NCBI RefSeq assembly: GCF_018350175.1
Contig: NC_058382.1
Span: 59,212,001 to 59,276,000 of the forward strand
DNA from: Felis catus
Taxonomy: Eukaryota
Length of the DNA: 64,000 nucleotides
Direction of reading: 5' to 3'
In this document: piece after piece, positions 24,346 to 37,250 of the stretch
Numbering within the stretch: the stretch's first letter is position 1
Layout: the number at the start of each line of letters is the position of its first letter
Position numbers and translations under genes: made by a program
The notes under the pieces: model-generated
Database searches by the model: none
Seen by the model: the letters and a program-made list of their open reading frames with translations, nothing else
Told to the model about the DNA's origin: nothing

Positions 24346-25277
24346 GCGATGGCCCGTGGGGACCCTGCCTGATGACAGCTGTGTGGTCACCCGCGCCTTT
24401 GTTCTGTCTGCTGGCATATGTATGAACAGGCTTGGACCCCCATCGAGGTTTTCAGGAATTTACCTCGAGGAGAATGTCTAAGAAAGGCCCGCTGAGGCTT
24501 TCTCCAGGTGTCCTGTTTGGACGTCAGGGCTGAGGGGGAGAATCTGCCGACAGCCGGCTTCGCTCTGCAAGCCAGAACCCGCGGCATCGGGGAGGCACCT
24601 CCGAGGTCACCCCAAACGTGTCCGGCACCCGACTAGATCAACGCCCTGCCCTGCATGGAAGCTCCGAGAACATGAACTAGTAACAATAAATAGCTATTTG
24701 GTTACCTTTTACGGACACATTTGGACTGCGTTTCAGGCAATTTTATGGGCAAGTGCTATTTTGAGCGTTCCCAAATTCCCAATTGCACGTGAACATCTGG
24801 AGTTTTATGTGCACGGCTCCTCGTGCATGCTCAGACTTAAATCTGAACCCGTCCCGAGTCCCGGCATGCTTTACGGACAGGTTAGACAGCCCTGCCCCGC
24901 GTCGTCCCCACATCCGCAAGACGAGGGCACCCATGGAAGGTGAGGCACACGGTGGGGACACTGGGGACGTGGGTCCCACCAGCTCTGGAGAAGCATGTTC
25001 TCGTGGGCTGTGGCCAAGCTCCTCCTCTCCCTAGTTTTAGGGCTGGCCTGTCCCAGCTGGGCACAGGTGGACTCAGGCCATCACCTTTCCTGCTAGTTTG
25101 CAGCCCCAGACGGCTGGGCTCAAATCCGGGAGAGTGCTCGTGCCCCAGCTTTTCAGGGGCCACCCATTGCTTGACAGTGAAGAGTTGACTCATCCCAGGA
25201 TGGCCGGGCTGACTCCTGCTGACCTGTCCTCGTCTTGTCCCACCTGAACAGAACTTTCCCAAGGCAGGACCCTTTGG

Positions 25278-25485
25278 TTTATTTTTTTATTTTTTTAAGC
25301 TTATTTATCTATTTTGAGAAAGAGAGCACAAGCAGGGTAGGGGCAGAGAGAGAGGAGAGAGAGAATCCTAAGGAGGCCCCACACTGTCAGCACAGAGCCC
25401 AGTGCAGGGCTCGATCTCACGAACGGTGAGATCATGACCTCAGCGGAAGGCAGACACTTAACTGACTGAGCCCCCCAGGCGCCCC
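25278..25485 (-). mobile_element. CAN-SINE (SINEC_Fc-type, diverged)
   Basis: T-rich tail, GA tract, CTGTCAGCACAGAGCCC, GAGATCATGACCT, ACTGACTGAGCCCCCCAGGCGCCCC. Confidence 0.93.
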
Positions 25486-25892
25486 ATAAACTCTTTGTAA
25501 TAAATTCACAGCAGTGGAGAATGCTATGTTGTGGGCACTGTCGATGGATACGTGGCAGCAGCAGCCTGCTGGCCGTGGATGGCACCACAATGTCCTTCTG
25601 TCTTCTTCATGTGTCGGTTTATGACCCACAGTCTGACAGCCGAAGGCTGCCACGCAAGGAATTTTCAAAGCACACGCATCACCCTGTGGTCTGCATGCGT
25701 TGGCCATTTATACCTCTTCCTTCCACCATTTTCCCTCTGTAGACACACTTTCTGTGATGGAAGTGTGTGCGTGTTTTCTGCTTTTGATATCAACGTTCCA
25801 TCATTTACATTTTTCCAAGTTTCTGTAGGATCTTAAATTAACTGCTAAATAACCTTATTTTATTGCTTCAGAGCATCATAAGCATATTCCTT

Positions 25893-26103
25893 TTTTTAAA
25901 TGTTTATTTATTTTTGACAGAGAGAAAGAGACAGACCATGAGTGGGGGAGGCGCAGAGAGAAAGGGAGACACAGAATCCGAAGCGGGCTCCAGGCTCTGA
26001 GCCGTCAGCACAGAGCCCGACGCGGGGCTCGAACTCACAGACCGCGAGATCGTGACCTGAGCTGAAGTCAGTAGCTCAACTGACTGAATCACCCAGACGC
26101 CCC
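25893..26103 (-). mobile_element. CAN-SINE (SINEC_Fc-type) with 12-bp TSD
   Basis: Full reverse SINE; AGCATATTCCTT at 25881-25892 and 26105-26116. Confidence 0.96.
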
Positions 26104-26125
26104 GAGCATATTCCTTATTACAGAA

Positions 26126-26353
26126 CAGGGGGTCAGCAAACTGTGGCCTGGGAGCCAAATCCTACCTGCTGCCTGATTTTGTAAATAAAGTTTTATTGGT
26201 GCACAGTCAACGCTCATTTGCTTTCGTATTGCCGGTGGCTGCTTCTGCACTGTCATGGCAGAGCTGAGTCGTGACAAGAGACCATATGTATGTGGCCCAC
26301 AGACCCAAAATATTTATGATCTGGTCCTTTAAGAAAGAGTTCACCAAGCCCTA
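26126..26353. mobile_element. MER58A-like hAT-Charlie MITE, near full length
   Basis: CAGGGGGTCAGCAAACTGTGGCC...GCCAAATCC...TTTTGTAAATAAAGTTTTATTGG...AAAATATTTATGATCTGGTCCTTTAAGAAAGAGTTCACCAAGCCCT. Confidence 0.9.
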
Positions 26354-27552
26354 TTCTAGGACATTTTGATATTTTCTAGGTATTGGCGGTTAGACAATCC
26401 AGCAGCGAACATCTTTGTACAGCTGACTTTTAACTTTCAATGTCAACTTTCCCTGGTATAAAATCTTAAAAACTGAATTAGTTGACTACAGAGAATGAAC
26501 ATTTTTTGCAGTGCTTTGTTATTTCCCTGTATTAACATTCGTGTTGCACACAATTTACGAGGCTATCGAAAATTCAGTGAAAGCTCTGGTTTCGCCACAA
26601 CCAAACGAGCACTGAATGTTAATGTTTCGCATGTCACAGGTTAATACGGGAAGTACAGAAATGATGCTTGTGGGCTTCTTTAATTTCATTACTTTGAATA
26701 TCCAGTGACCAGATTTATATTTTGGTGGTGTTTTTACTTTCCCGAAAGTCCAATAATGAAGTTATGGGGAACCTTGTTTTAGAAGAGACCCCCAAACACC
26801 TCAGCTTGTGGTGAAAAGCCTCTTCTAGGGAAGAGGGGCCCCCTGGGAGGAGGAGAGAAACAGCTCGTTTCTCTAGGGGAAGCACGTTTCTGTGGGGACA
26901 GCAATCTCAGTGGGAAGCATCTCTTCGGTGTTAATTAAGTTCGTTGATTAACAAGGGGGAAGACTAACCAGATCAGAGACCAGGAACCCACTGCTTTGGA
27001 GATGTGGGATTTCCCCCCCAGTCCGCTGATTGTTACCTCCCGGGGAAACTCATAAAGAACATTGTGCGGCTCTAACTGGGACCCCACCCAGCCTTCAGGT
27101 TGGAGCCAGGGCTCCAGGGAGGACTGCTGGTCGACCAGATGGCTGACAGTAGGGGCTGCTGTTCCGGGCTGCTGGCTCTGGTGTATGATGGCTCTGGGCT
27201 GGGGCTGTGTGTGTGTGTGGTGTCCCCATGGCCTTTCTAGAGCAGATAGACACTTTCTAAGAGGCTGACAATTCCATGGCAGCCAACCAAGAGCCCCCAG
27301 GCGGAGGCGAAGCAAAACTTCATGGCTTGTTTATGCTGTTTCTCAGGTTGACCGGGAAGACATTGTCAGATGTCACTCAGCCCCACAGTCCTGCACCCTG
27401 CCCTTTTCTCTGCAGGGTACCCCACTGCTTTCAGCCTTGGGGAAGAACAAAGCAAATTCCCTGGCAGTAAAGTTGTAAAAGAGAGTATATCAAAATAGAC
27501 TAAATTAGGAATCCTTATACTAACGGCCAACATGGCCTTTCATGATCGACCC

Positions 27553-27730
27553 CAGGGGATTTCAACCCCGGCAGCACAGCAGAACTCCACCGTGGGAAAC
27601 TTCCTGACATTCATGGGGGTGTCCTAGCCCTATACGTTATGATTGAATTGATCTGGGTGGACTCCATCACCTACATTTCTTAAAGGCTCCCACAGAGATT
27701 CAATGGACAGCCAGAGTCCAGAACCCATTG
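27553..27730. mobile_element. MER5B-like MITE
   Basis: CAGGGGATTTCAACCCCGGCAGCACA...TGATTGAATTGATCTGGG...AAAGGCTCCC...GATTC..CAGCCAGAG..GAACCCATTG. Confidence 0.6.
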
Positions 27731-27780
27731 GAGTAAGAGTCAGATAAGATTGGGGGGGGGGGTAAGGGTACAAGGCACAA

Positions 27781-28022
27781 GCATAGATTAACCATGGCCC
27801 ACACTTCAGAGGCCGACACCTGGTTCAGATCCCGACTCCAGCCCTTGCTGGCTGTGTGATCGGAGTCATGTGGACTTCTGCACCCTCGCAACCTGCTTTC
27901 TCATCTGCAGGGTAGAAGTAACAGCAGCTAATGGGCCAGGTTGATGCAAAGATTGAGCAATATGTAAGTCAAGATGTGGCCCAAATGTGAACCATACGTC
28001 CTTAGTAAGTGGTAGTTTTATT
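27781..28022 (+). mobile_element. MIR SINE, near full length
   Basis: CCTGGTTCAGATCCCGACTC...GCTGTGTGA...TTTCTCATCTGCA...AAGATTGA...AGTAAGTGGTAGTTTTATT. Confidence 0.7.
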
Positions 28023-29454
28023 TATGTTTTTGTTTAAATGTACTACTGTCACCACTAGGGCACTGGCCCTTTAGAGGGAAGCTAGCCCCTGGCTTTAATG
28101 GTGTTGCCCGTCCCCAACATCTTCTAGAAAGGGTCTTTGAAAACTGCCCACCCTTGTCACTTCAAAAATATTTATGTGTGGCCCTTATCTTTGATCATCT
28201 TTAGGGATAGCAAGCTTTTATCTTTAGAAGTTAGTTTGAACTTGAGAATAGCCAAAATATTTCAGAGCCAGTTCTGGTGACTCATTGATCTAGCAAGCAT
28301 GGTTTCTGTTCCAAGTGAAGAAATGAAACTAATTTCACAACTGGATTTTATAATCCCTGGGTGGATCTCAAAGTCTCACATGTCAAGGACCAATCTAATG
28401 TTGACGGTGCCTTTGTGGACTGGGGATGTCTACCTACTGGTTTGTTCATTTAAAGGGACTACTGACCCTTTCGCAGGAGGAGGCTACAGACAGATCGGTT
28501 AAATGAAAGATATGTAACTGAAAACTACCTGATCTTATTAGGGGCCCTCAGAATAATCAAAGAGCATCATGAGAAGACAAGTTAACGATTAGTCTTAGGA
28601 AGCAACATGTGTTAGGAGCCATTGTTGTTTAGGACAGAGCCCTCAGTAAAGTAAGCAAAGCCTCAAGCTGAGACTGGAGGTGGTATCTGAATCCTCATCT
28701 TCTCGCTGGTAAATTAAGCAGTTCATCCTTACTGGAAAGACATGAGTTATGACACAAACATGTAGAATTGGTCATCCCGAGGCCAACGTTAATCACCAGC
28801 ATCTAACAATCACCGTTCATAACATATCATCTCGACTTTGTGTCTCGAGCCACTGGTTTCCTTCGAAGCTAACTGAAGCTGGTGGAGGAAGGCGGGGTGG
28901 GGAAGCAGCTCAGAGCATGAGCCTTGGGTCAAATGGGTCCTGCAGTCAGTGTGGCCCATCATAGTGTGGCTGTGTGGTCTGGGCCAAGGCCCTCGAGCCT
29001 CGAGCTGGGACCGGGGGAGAACCCCTGGCTTCAGTCCCAGAACTCCATCCAGAGTTCTTTCTTTCATATAATAACTGCCCCTCTGTTTCTGCCTGAAATG
29101 AGGTCTCTGCACCATTTCAAACACATCAGTTGACTACGCCTGTCATAAAGGCTGAGCAAATGGGTCAGCCATCAGCTGTCGCTTCACCTGGTCATCCTAA
29201 CACAGACGGCACGGTGGCCAACCTCACTTGTAGCTGGGTGCGTGGGTTTTTGGGGGCGGTCCTACTGAGCAAAGCCTCTGCTCCCCGCAGAGGTGGGAGA
29301 GACGTAGCTTCGTGGGCAGCGCTCGCCAGAACATCGAAGCTGGGGGACCCTCTTGAGTCCAGTTGTGCAAACTGAGGTGAGCCACATAAACTCCCTGAAC
29401 ATCATTTCGTCTTGCGTGGTGTGGGCGTGACAGTGTCGGCTCCAACATGGGCTA

Positions 29455-29595
29455 CGATGATCTTCACCCCCATTGTTCAGAGAAGCAAGATGAAGCACAG
29501 AGGGAGCAAGTAACTTGCTTGAGGCTGACCCCGGCAGGACGTGAAAGTGGCAGGACTTGAACCTGGCTCCAGAGCCCATGTTCTGAACCATCTCT
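29455..29595 (-). mobile_element. MIR SINE fragment
   Basis: CCCCATTGTTCAGAGAAG...GCACAGAG..AAGTAACTTGC...GGACTTGAACCTGG..CCAGAGCCCATGTTCTGAACCA. Confidence 0.7.
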
Positions 29596-31519
29596 CTTAG
29601 CTGGGCTGAAGCCTGTTTACAACTAGTTGAAAACATGCCGCTTGGAGGCACTTAGGCATAAAAACCTTATTTATATGTCTGAATACAATTAGAAGATTTC
29701 ACAGTTAATTTAGCACATTGGACCATTATGTTGGATAATTCGAATCAGGTATTCTATTTGATCTTGTTTGAAACTGGTTGAAGCTGTTATTACTATGGCT
29801 AAACATGAAGAGAAAACCCTTCCTGTCTTGTCTCCTGGCCAGATCAGCTGACCGTATTCTAATACCTATAATTATTAGCTGGAAAATTTGTCCTAATCCT
29901 TGTGAAAGAAAGTTTCCAGGGAAGATCTTTATCAACAAACACACTGCGGATATGGAGATAAACAGCCCAGCGCACCCCAGATGCCTTGTTTGTTGTTTGT
30001 TTTATAAGAACATGCGTGATTCCATTTGGAGTTGGGCGTGTTTGGTGGCTTTGCTCTCTTGGCTTTCTGTCCACGGGTCAGTCAGTATCTCCTCCATGTG
30101 GGAGAGGAATGCGGACGCAGAGCCGGGGGGAGGGGGTCTGGGGCTGTGAGGGGACCCAACGGAGCAGATCCTATGAGAAGACCAGCTCCTTTAGACCCTG
30201 AGACCAGCCTCCTGGTGAAGACTACAGAGCAGTGCCCCATGGGACATTCTCTGTCCTAAAGCTTTAGGTCAGAGATGCTCCAGGGAGAGATGTCCCGTGC
30301 GCCCCCAGACAGGTCTCCCCAGAGCATGGGTGGTCAGGATGGGGAGTCATAATCTCTAGAGATGTAGTAGAACAGAAAATAGAATTCCACTTCACGATAT
30401 TATATAATGTATGGGGTGGGGGGGGGGACGCCTTTTCAACATAACTTGGAAATATGTAACTTGGAACATATTTTTGGTCCATGGAGATTTTCAGTGGGGA
30501 TCATCATTACTAACCAGAACTTACTCTCCATAGACCTTTGGTGGTGGTGGTTGGGGGGGGAGTTGGACATGCAAATCAGCTGTAAAACAGGACATGTGTC
30601 TGTGCTTCTCAGGATATCACTTAACACAGTTGAGAAGCACTTGCTTGAAGGATGAGCCGAAGAGTCAATTAAGAAGAACAAGACAGTCACTTTGCATTTA
30701 TTCGATAATTGGTGCATTTATACAAAATAGGGGAGTGTCTCAGCTGCTGGGCCGTCAGCACTGAGCAGGAACTTGTCTGCACTCGGGGGGTTGCGGCTCT
30801 GACTGAGGGGTTAAGTGAGGTCCTAGCAAGGCACGGCTGGGGTGGCGGTTTGTCCTGGCCCAGACCCACGGCGGCCCACGCAGGCATGACTTTCCTTGTC
30901 TTTGACAGTGACGTTCTCACTGCAGACAGCTGTCAGCGTCGGAGTTCCTGAGAAAGATCTCCGCGGCTGATACGCCCTCGGTGCATGAGTTACAGGCCAC
31001 TTCTGGACAGCGAGCTCATCGCCTGTTTCTTCTGCTGTTTCTTCTGCACAAACCCGCACGGCGCGCCCGCTGCCCTCCCTCGGGGGTGTCTTCCTCTGCG
31101 GTGCCCCGCGCCTCTCCCTCTGGCAGGAAGCATCCGTCCAAACCTTTCGTGGACTTAGAGGGAAAAGATCGCGTCTTCTGGGCCCCACTGCTTGCGAGGT
31201 GCTCTCTGGTCAAACGTTTTCTCTGTTACTGTTCTCAGAGACCACCGCGGCGAGGGCGTGTCCAGGGTCACACCGTGACTTAGGAGCAGCTCCCTGACAC
31301 CGTGACGGCAAGGGTCAGACACTCTTTGCCCCCGAGACTGGATGGAGGCTGGGGCTGGAGGGGGGAGGGGAGACACTGTGCACAACATGCCATGTGGAAT
31401 TTCGGCCCAATGTTGCTACATTTATTAATTTTTTCAACGTGAGTCTTCTTGTATAATGGAAAAGTCCCTCATTTCTAAAAACCTTGAGTTTCCCAGAATG
31501 CGTAAGCTCAGCGAAGTCC

Positions 31520-31990
31520 TGTCAGACACACCCGGACAGAGACAAGGGCAGGTCTGCACTCTCTCGAGGGGCCAGGGGAACGAAGACAGGCTGAGGAACT
31601 TCCCAGGTTTGAGGAGACCAGGGACGCAGGACATCGACGGTGACGTTGAGTCCAGGCTGAGGCCTGGACGGGAGGCTGAAAGAATATGGGGACACACGGT
31701 GACCAAGGCACGTGAGCATTTGCAAAAGCACTGTGACGTCGTGGTTGTGCAGGACAATGTCCTTGTTCCCAGGGGACAATGCTGACGTCTTCAGGGGCAA
31801 AAAGGGACACATCCCACAGGTTACTTCCGATGAGTTCGGCAAAAATAAAGACACAAGCGACAACCATGAAGTGACCGCGAGGGAGCCGCAAAAGTGCAGA
31901 GACAGCTAGCTAAATGTTGACAAACAGGTGAATCCAGGGGGTGACAACATGGCAGTTCACTGTAACATCTGGGAGTTTTTCTGTGGGTGG
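31520..31990 (+). mobile_element. Ancient L1MC-like 3' UTR fragment
   Basis: AGGCTGAGGAACTTCCCAGG..GGAGAC; GTGGTTGTGCAGGACAATGTCCTTGTTC; AAATGTTGACAAACAGGTGAATC...GTTCACTGTA. Confidence 0.6.
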
Positions 31991-32634
31991 GCCCCAGTTC
32001 TTTTCAAAGGAAGACCCTCAACAGGAACGAGGACAGGAACACACGAGGCCGGGTAAGCCAAACTAAGCTCGCTCTTCCCCGTGGGCGCCCGGATGGAGGC
32101 CCCCAACAAGGTGGCATCTGCCCCTGGAAGGGCCCAGGTGGTCTGACCTCCTCGTCTGGCCGTCCGCTCAGGACGCCGGTGGGCCCGCAGTGCCAGGCAC
32201 ACACCCAGAGGCAGGAAGCAGGCAGCTCCTGTCCTCGTGGGTTTACATTCTAGACACTTCGGATAATGAGCCTAAGCTAACACTCTGAAAGAAAATAACA
32301 CACCATGTTAGCGGTACAGAGAGCCGGGGGACAGGATGCTGTCCTGGAGCACCACCTGGCCATGGGGTGGACGGGAAGCTGGGAAGCAGCACGGCCGTCA
32401 CAGAGCTCGAGAACAGCCTTCCAGGCAGTGGGATGGGGGACCGGCATGGAGAAAGTCCCAAGGCAGCAGCCAGTGGCCATGGCGGGGGGGCGGGGGGGGG
32501 GGGGGGGAGAGAGGCCCACACGGCCATCCTGGAGGGCAGGATGAGGTCTGGGGGTGACCGGAGGCCGCTAAAGTGTAACGTGCATCTGACCCCGGCCCTC
32601 TTTCCTTCCGCGTTGTTTTTGGAGCCCCGTGGCT

Positions 32635-32815
32635 GATAATGGTAAGAACAGAACCCTTTGGGTCTCGCTCACTGTGCACCAAGCTTTGTGCACGCCCGCC
32701 ATATCTCTCCACCAACTTCTCCCCACATCAGCCCAGGGAAGAAGGCAGGACTGTTACCCATTTTACAGATGAGAAAATGGAGATGTCAAAGTGAAATGGG
32801 CCCTTGCTGAGAATA
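32635..32815 (-). mobile_element. MIR SINE
   Basis: CTGTTACCCATTTTACAGATGAGAAAATGGAG core. Confidence 0.7.
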
Positions 32816-32819
32816 GCTG

Positions 32820-33252
32820 TGTACTGGGTAGAACTGTGTCCCCTGGAAAGTTTTGTTTAAGCCCTAAGTCCCGGACCTGTGGATGTGGCCTTATTAGAAA
32901 ACAGGGGCTTTGCACACATCATCAAGTTACAACGAGGTCATGCTGGATCAGGGTGGGCCCTAAACCAACGCCTGGTGCCCTAATCAAGGCAGAAATCTGG
33001 CAGAGACATACACAGAGGGAAGACACAGGCAGACACAGGAGGGATGTGGCCACAAGCCAAGGATTGCCGGCCTCACCACAAGCAGGGAGAGAGGCAGGAA
33101 GGAGCCTCCCCCGGGCAGTTGGAGGGAGCACAGCCCTGCCGATGCCCTGATGTCGGACCCCTGGCCTCCAGAACTGGGGACGCTAACTTTCTGTGGTCTG
33201 AAGTGCTCAGTTTGTGGCATTTTGTGTGGGCAGCTGCAGGAACCTCACTGCA
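32820..33252 (+). mobile_element. ERVL-MaLR solo LTR (MLT1C-like)
   Basis: TGTACTGGGTAGAACTGTGTCCCC...ATGTGGCCTTATTAGAAAACAGGG...GGGTGGGCCCTAAA...CACAAGCCAAGGA...CTGGCCTCCAGAACTG...TTTGTGG...GCAGCTGCAGGAA. Confidence 0.88.
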
Positions 33253-35094
33253 GCTCACAGAAAAGTCATCAGACTCTGTAAGGACAGAGCTGGCACCCGC
33301 ACTCTACAAGACGGCGTGGCATTGAGGGGGTCCCTGGCCTCATTCTGGGAACAGCTGCGCTGTTTGTTAGGCCCTCCAACAACTCGCCATCCCCAGCCCC
33401 GAGAACGGTGACGGACCAAAGTCTTCGGGACCCTGCCGCCCTCAAGAAAAAGAAATGGAAGTCAGATCAGACGGCCCCCAAGGCCCCCTCCCTGTCGCCC
33501 CTCCAAGGTACAATGAAATAAATTATAAGGTGGGACACCCGTGAAGGAGCCACTGGACCTGTTTTGATGGACAGCTGGCCACGGAGGGGTGCACGCCCGC
33601 AGGAGGGACGGGGCTGGGCCCGGGCCTCCCTGAACACAGCGAGCCGCAGTCCTGCTCACATACCTGTCAACTCAGCGTGTGCAGCTGTCCAAATCGTGGT
33701 CCTGAAACCCGATGACCGGGGCTTCGAGAGGTCAGACACGATGCACGCAGGAGAAGCCCCTTTCTAATGAAAACATTCGCAGGAGAAACAAAGGAGACTT
33801 TCTCTGGGAACCCACCCTGCCCCGCCTCTGGAGGAAGGAGGGAGGAGAACATGGAAACAGAGAGGTTCTGGCTGTGGGATGGGCCACAGGGGAACCCACC
33901 GACCCTGCGGTGTGGGCAGGGTCCTGTCCCCTAGCCGGAAGGCCCCGCCCCCGCCTGCCCACAGTTTCAGGACGTCTGGCCCCTCACCAGGGAGGACCGT
34001 CTCCATAAACAAACCCGTGGGCTTTACCGCAACCCTGTGAGGAGCCATTTTCCTCCCAGGGAGACAGCCAGTCCCACGGGACCCTGAGCTTTGCAAATTT
34101 TCATTCGGGAATAAACAAAGCCCTTTGATTTCTCTCACGAGGTGCACCAGGAATAGATATTCTGGTCCCACATCCACGCCGGGAGACGGCCTGCTTTTTG
34201 TATAACAGTAGTGACTGTTTAGACAAAGGGGCGCTGGTTCACCTTTCAAGTCTTAGCCAGAAATTACACGTAAACAAACTGTCGTGACGGCACCAATGAG
34301 TCCCAGATGCGGCAGGTAGAGGGGCGGGGGCTCCTCCAGGCTGTCCCAGGTCGGAGGACAGTGGGCACAGCAAGCCGAGCCACCATGCAAACAGTAGGTG
34401 CTCCATAAATACGTGCCTGGGCAGCAGAACTGGGATCACGGGATTTGAACTCAGGCCAGAGCCCATCCCTCCGTGTGCACACCATGCCCTCAGAAAGATG
34501 GCTTGCGGTGGGAGCCGGATTTCCGTGGGCAGACTGGGGACAGAGGGATGGGGATGGGTCACCGGGATCTCGCTGCAGAGGAATTGATGAAAGCCACACT
34601 GCTCGCGGCATAAGCCGACTGGGGTTCTGCAGCTGTCACCCATGTGAAGGACACTTCCCCCTGACCGCGACACATAAAGTAGGGTTACAACAGGAGGACA
34701 AGGTGTCGCTGTTCCGGAGGAAGCACATGACACAGCTCTTCCCGGGCCACCCGCTTCGGGGCACAATGTGGCTGCACCAACGGCTGACGTCGTCATCACA
34801 CCCCAGTGGCAGGCAGGGGGCTGAGCGATTCTGGTCTATCACCCCAATTCATTCTCCCTCATCTCCCCAGTGGCCCAATTATTGCTCCCACGCTGCTCCT
34901 GTGTCAGCAGAGGCCTGAGAGGCTGAGTAACCTCGGAATCCCCACAGGTGGGACGCAGAGGGATGCACACTGGGGCTCCCTTGGCCTGAGTGCCGGGCGC
35001 GTTTGTCCTCTGTGCTCGACACGCTTCTCTCTCAACGGCCTTCCCTGCCTGGAGCTAGTCTGCTCGGCCCCCGTTACACAAAGTATCACTACAT

Positions 35095-35260
35095 TATGCA
35101 TTAACCCGTTTGACGTTTATCTGCCAGCTACTGTGAGTCAGGCACTGCAGGTGTTTAGGACAAGGGATGCATCTAGACACTGGGGATACACTGGGGATCA
35201 AAAACCCCAGAGTCCTGCTCTCCTAGGGCTGACACTCTAGTGGAGAGAGACGGATAGTGA
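35095..35260 (-). mobile_element. L2 LINE 3' end
   Basis: CTACTGTGAGTCAGGCACTG...CTGGGGATACA...AGTCCTGCTCTCCTAGGGCTGACACTCTAGTGGAGAGAGAC. Confidence 0.7.
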
Positions 35261-37250
35261 CGGCGGTGAAGAGGTGAATTGTGCGGCACGCTAGGGAGCA
35301 CGGGACGGCGGGGGTACGGTGCACACATGGACTACCACGTGTCACCTCTCTGCGTGAGGCTGAGGGTTCCAATGTGAATAACGTGAGCTCCTAGGTCATC
35401 CGGGGGACATCCAACATGGGACCCAGTAGTCACCGTGCGTGGGAAACGCCACGACATAGGGAGGAACAGGCGACGTGGGAACAGAAGCGCCCGAGTCGGC
35501 TCAGAGGTGCACGCGTGCGCGTGTGTTACATCCCCCGCCAGGCAGCGGCCACTGCCACTGCCCCAGGGCTCCCCGCGTGTCGGCCCCTGCTGGCCAGTCC
35601 CTACGATCCAGTCCCTGGACCCTCGGGAACACCTCCGTGAGGAGGAAACTGGGGCTCAGAGAGGTCGGATTACCTGCCCCAGGACCCACACATCCGTGTC
35701 TGAAACCCAACTCATATCCGTATGCTATATTCTGCAACACTCGTGAAGGAAAGAACTGCTTCTTTCCTTCCATCCGCCACGGACCCGACACCCTTTCTTG
35801 CATAGGTTAGACGCTCAAAAAACAGTCTGTTGAACGGGTGACTGCAGCCTACGTGTTCTTCTGAGCTTTGTTTCACGTACGCATCCACGCTCCCTCCTGC
35901 TCTCTCTCCCCACCCCCCTTCTGCCACACGCGCAGCACAGAGGAACGATGAGAGGCGTGCACGCCCAGGGCCGCCCACGGGCACCCTGCTCGTCTTGTGG
36001 CTAAAGCACAAGCTGCCTTTTCCCTTTTCTCTTCCTCGCCTGTGTCCTCGGCCCCGTGTGACACGGGGGCGTTCAGAAGACACTGGGCTCTGGAGGAACA
36101 TGGCACCCTGGCCGCCTTCTCCTCACTCCCCAAGTCACCCGACCCTCGGGACGGAAAAGCATCAGATCGCCTGCGTGTCCAACCTCCTGGCCTGGCGACC
36201 GTTTCCGCCTCCAGCCAGCCCCGGACCGGGTGGCCCGCCTGTGCAACTGTGCACTCCTCCACGGCCGCAGGCAGCCGTCCCAGCTCAAATCCAGGTGGCG
36301 GCTGCTTGCAAGTCCCTCCTGAACGAAAGGCCTGGAACGGTGTGAGCGGCCATCAAAGGTTCCAGGCTCTGCCTCGTCTGAGGCCCAGCCCAGCCCCCGA
36401 GCAAGCTCACCCAAGATGCTCTGTGGGCCCCGAAGAGTCCTCCCAGAGCGGGCGGGCCATGCTGTCGGGTTGAGCCGGGCTCTGAGTCCAGGGTGTCGGA
36501 CGTTCATCCGAAAGCCTTTCCAAACCTCTCGCGTTGGAAAAAGCGCAGTTGAGGGCTGCGACCCACCAGCTCTCCAGCGAGACTCCTGGCGCCTGTGCCC
36601 TCCGGCCCGGCCGGGACCGCCAGAGCCACCGTCTTTGCCCGCACACCCCTGCATGTTCGCCCACCCCTGCGTGTTCAGCCGTGCACGGAGCCCCACCGAC
36701 CGCAAAGGGAAGGGCGGAGAGGAAACAGGGGCCGCTAGCGGCCGAGGCTGTGCGTGTGCGAGCCCAGCGCGTGCAGCCCTGACCCCGAGACCCTAAGGGC
36801 GGGGCCGACGTCGCCGGGTGCTGACGCGGGGAGGAGGGGCAGGAGGGGACCGACCTCTGAGACCCGGGTCAGGCCCGGCCACACTCGCATGAAGGTGCGG
36901 TTACCGAAGTGGCCGGCAGCCCGAGTGTGGGCCCTCTTTTCATCCGGGAATTGTCTTCCTGAGGTGAGGCCAGAGCCGTGTGAGAGCCCGTGCTCCCTGA
37001 GGTCGCCGGTGTCAGTGGACCACCCACGCCTGGGAGAGGACCACTTGCCGTGAGAGTCAGAGGAAAACCGGGAGGAGGATGCCAGCACGTCACGCCCTGC
37101 GAATGGGAGGCTGTGGCAACCACAGATGCCGCGGGGAAGCGAGTGCGGGCAGGGACCCAAGGCCCTGGAGAGCGTGGGGCCCTGGGGCTGTGAAGTGGCT
37201 GGTCCCCCAAAGGGCAGAACCAAGACTAGAAGGACCGTCTTCTCTTCTTG

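Larger units (their letters stand above)
25700..26720 (-). mobile_element. Ancient L1ME-like fragment interrupted by SINE and MER58A
   Basis: GGACATTTTGATATTTTCTAG...GCAGCGAACATCTTTGTACA...TTTAATTTCATTACTTTGAATATCCAGTGA resemble the reverse L1M ORF2 end/3' UTR. Confidence 0.5.

Noticed and set aside
27006..27015. NF-kB consensus GGGATTTCCC (also GGGAATCCCC at 743-752)
   Set aside because: Isolated 10-mers are expected by chance in 64 kb of GC-rich DNA.
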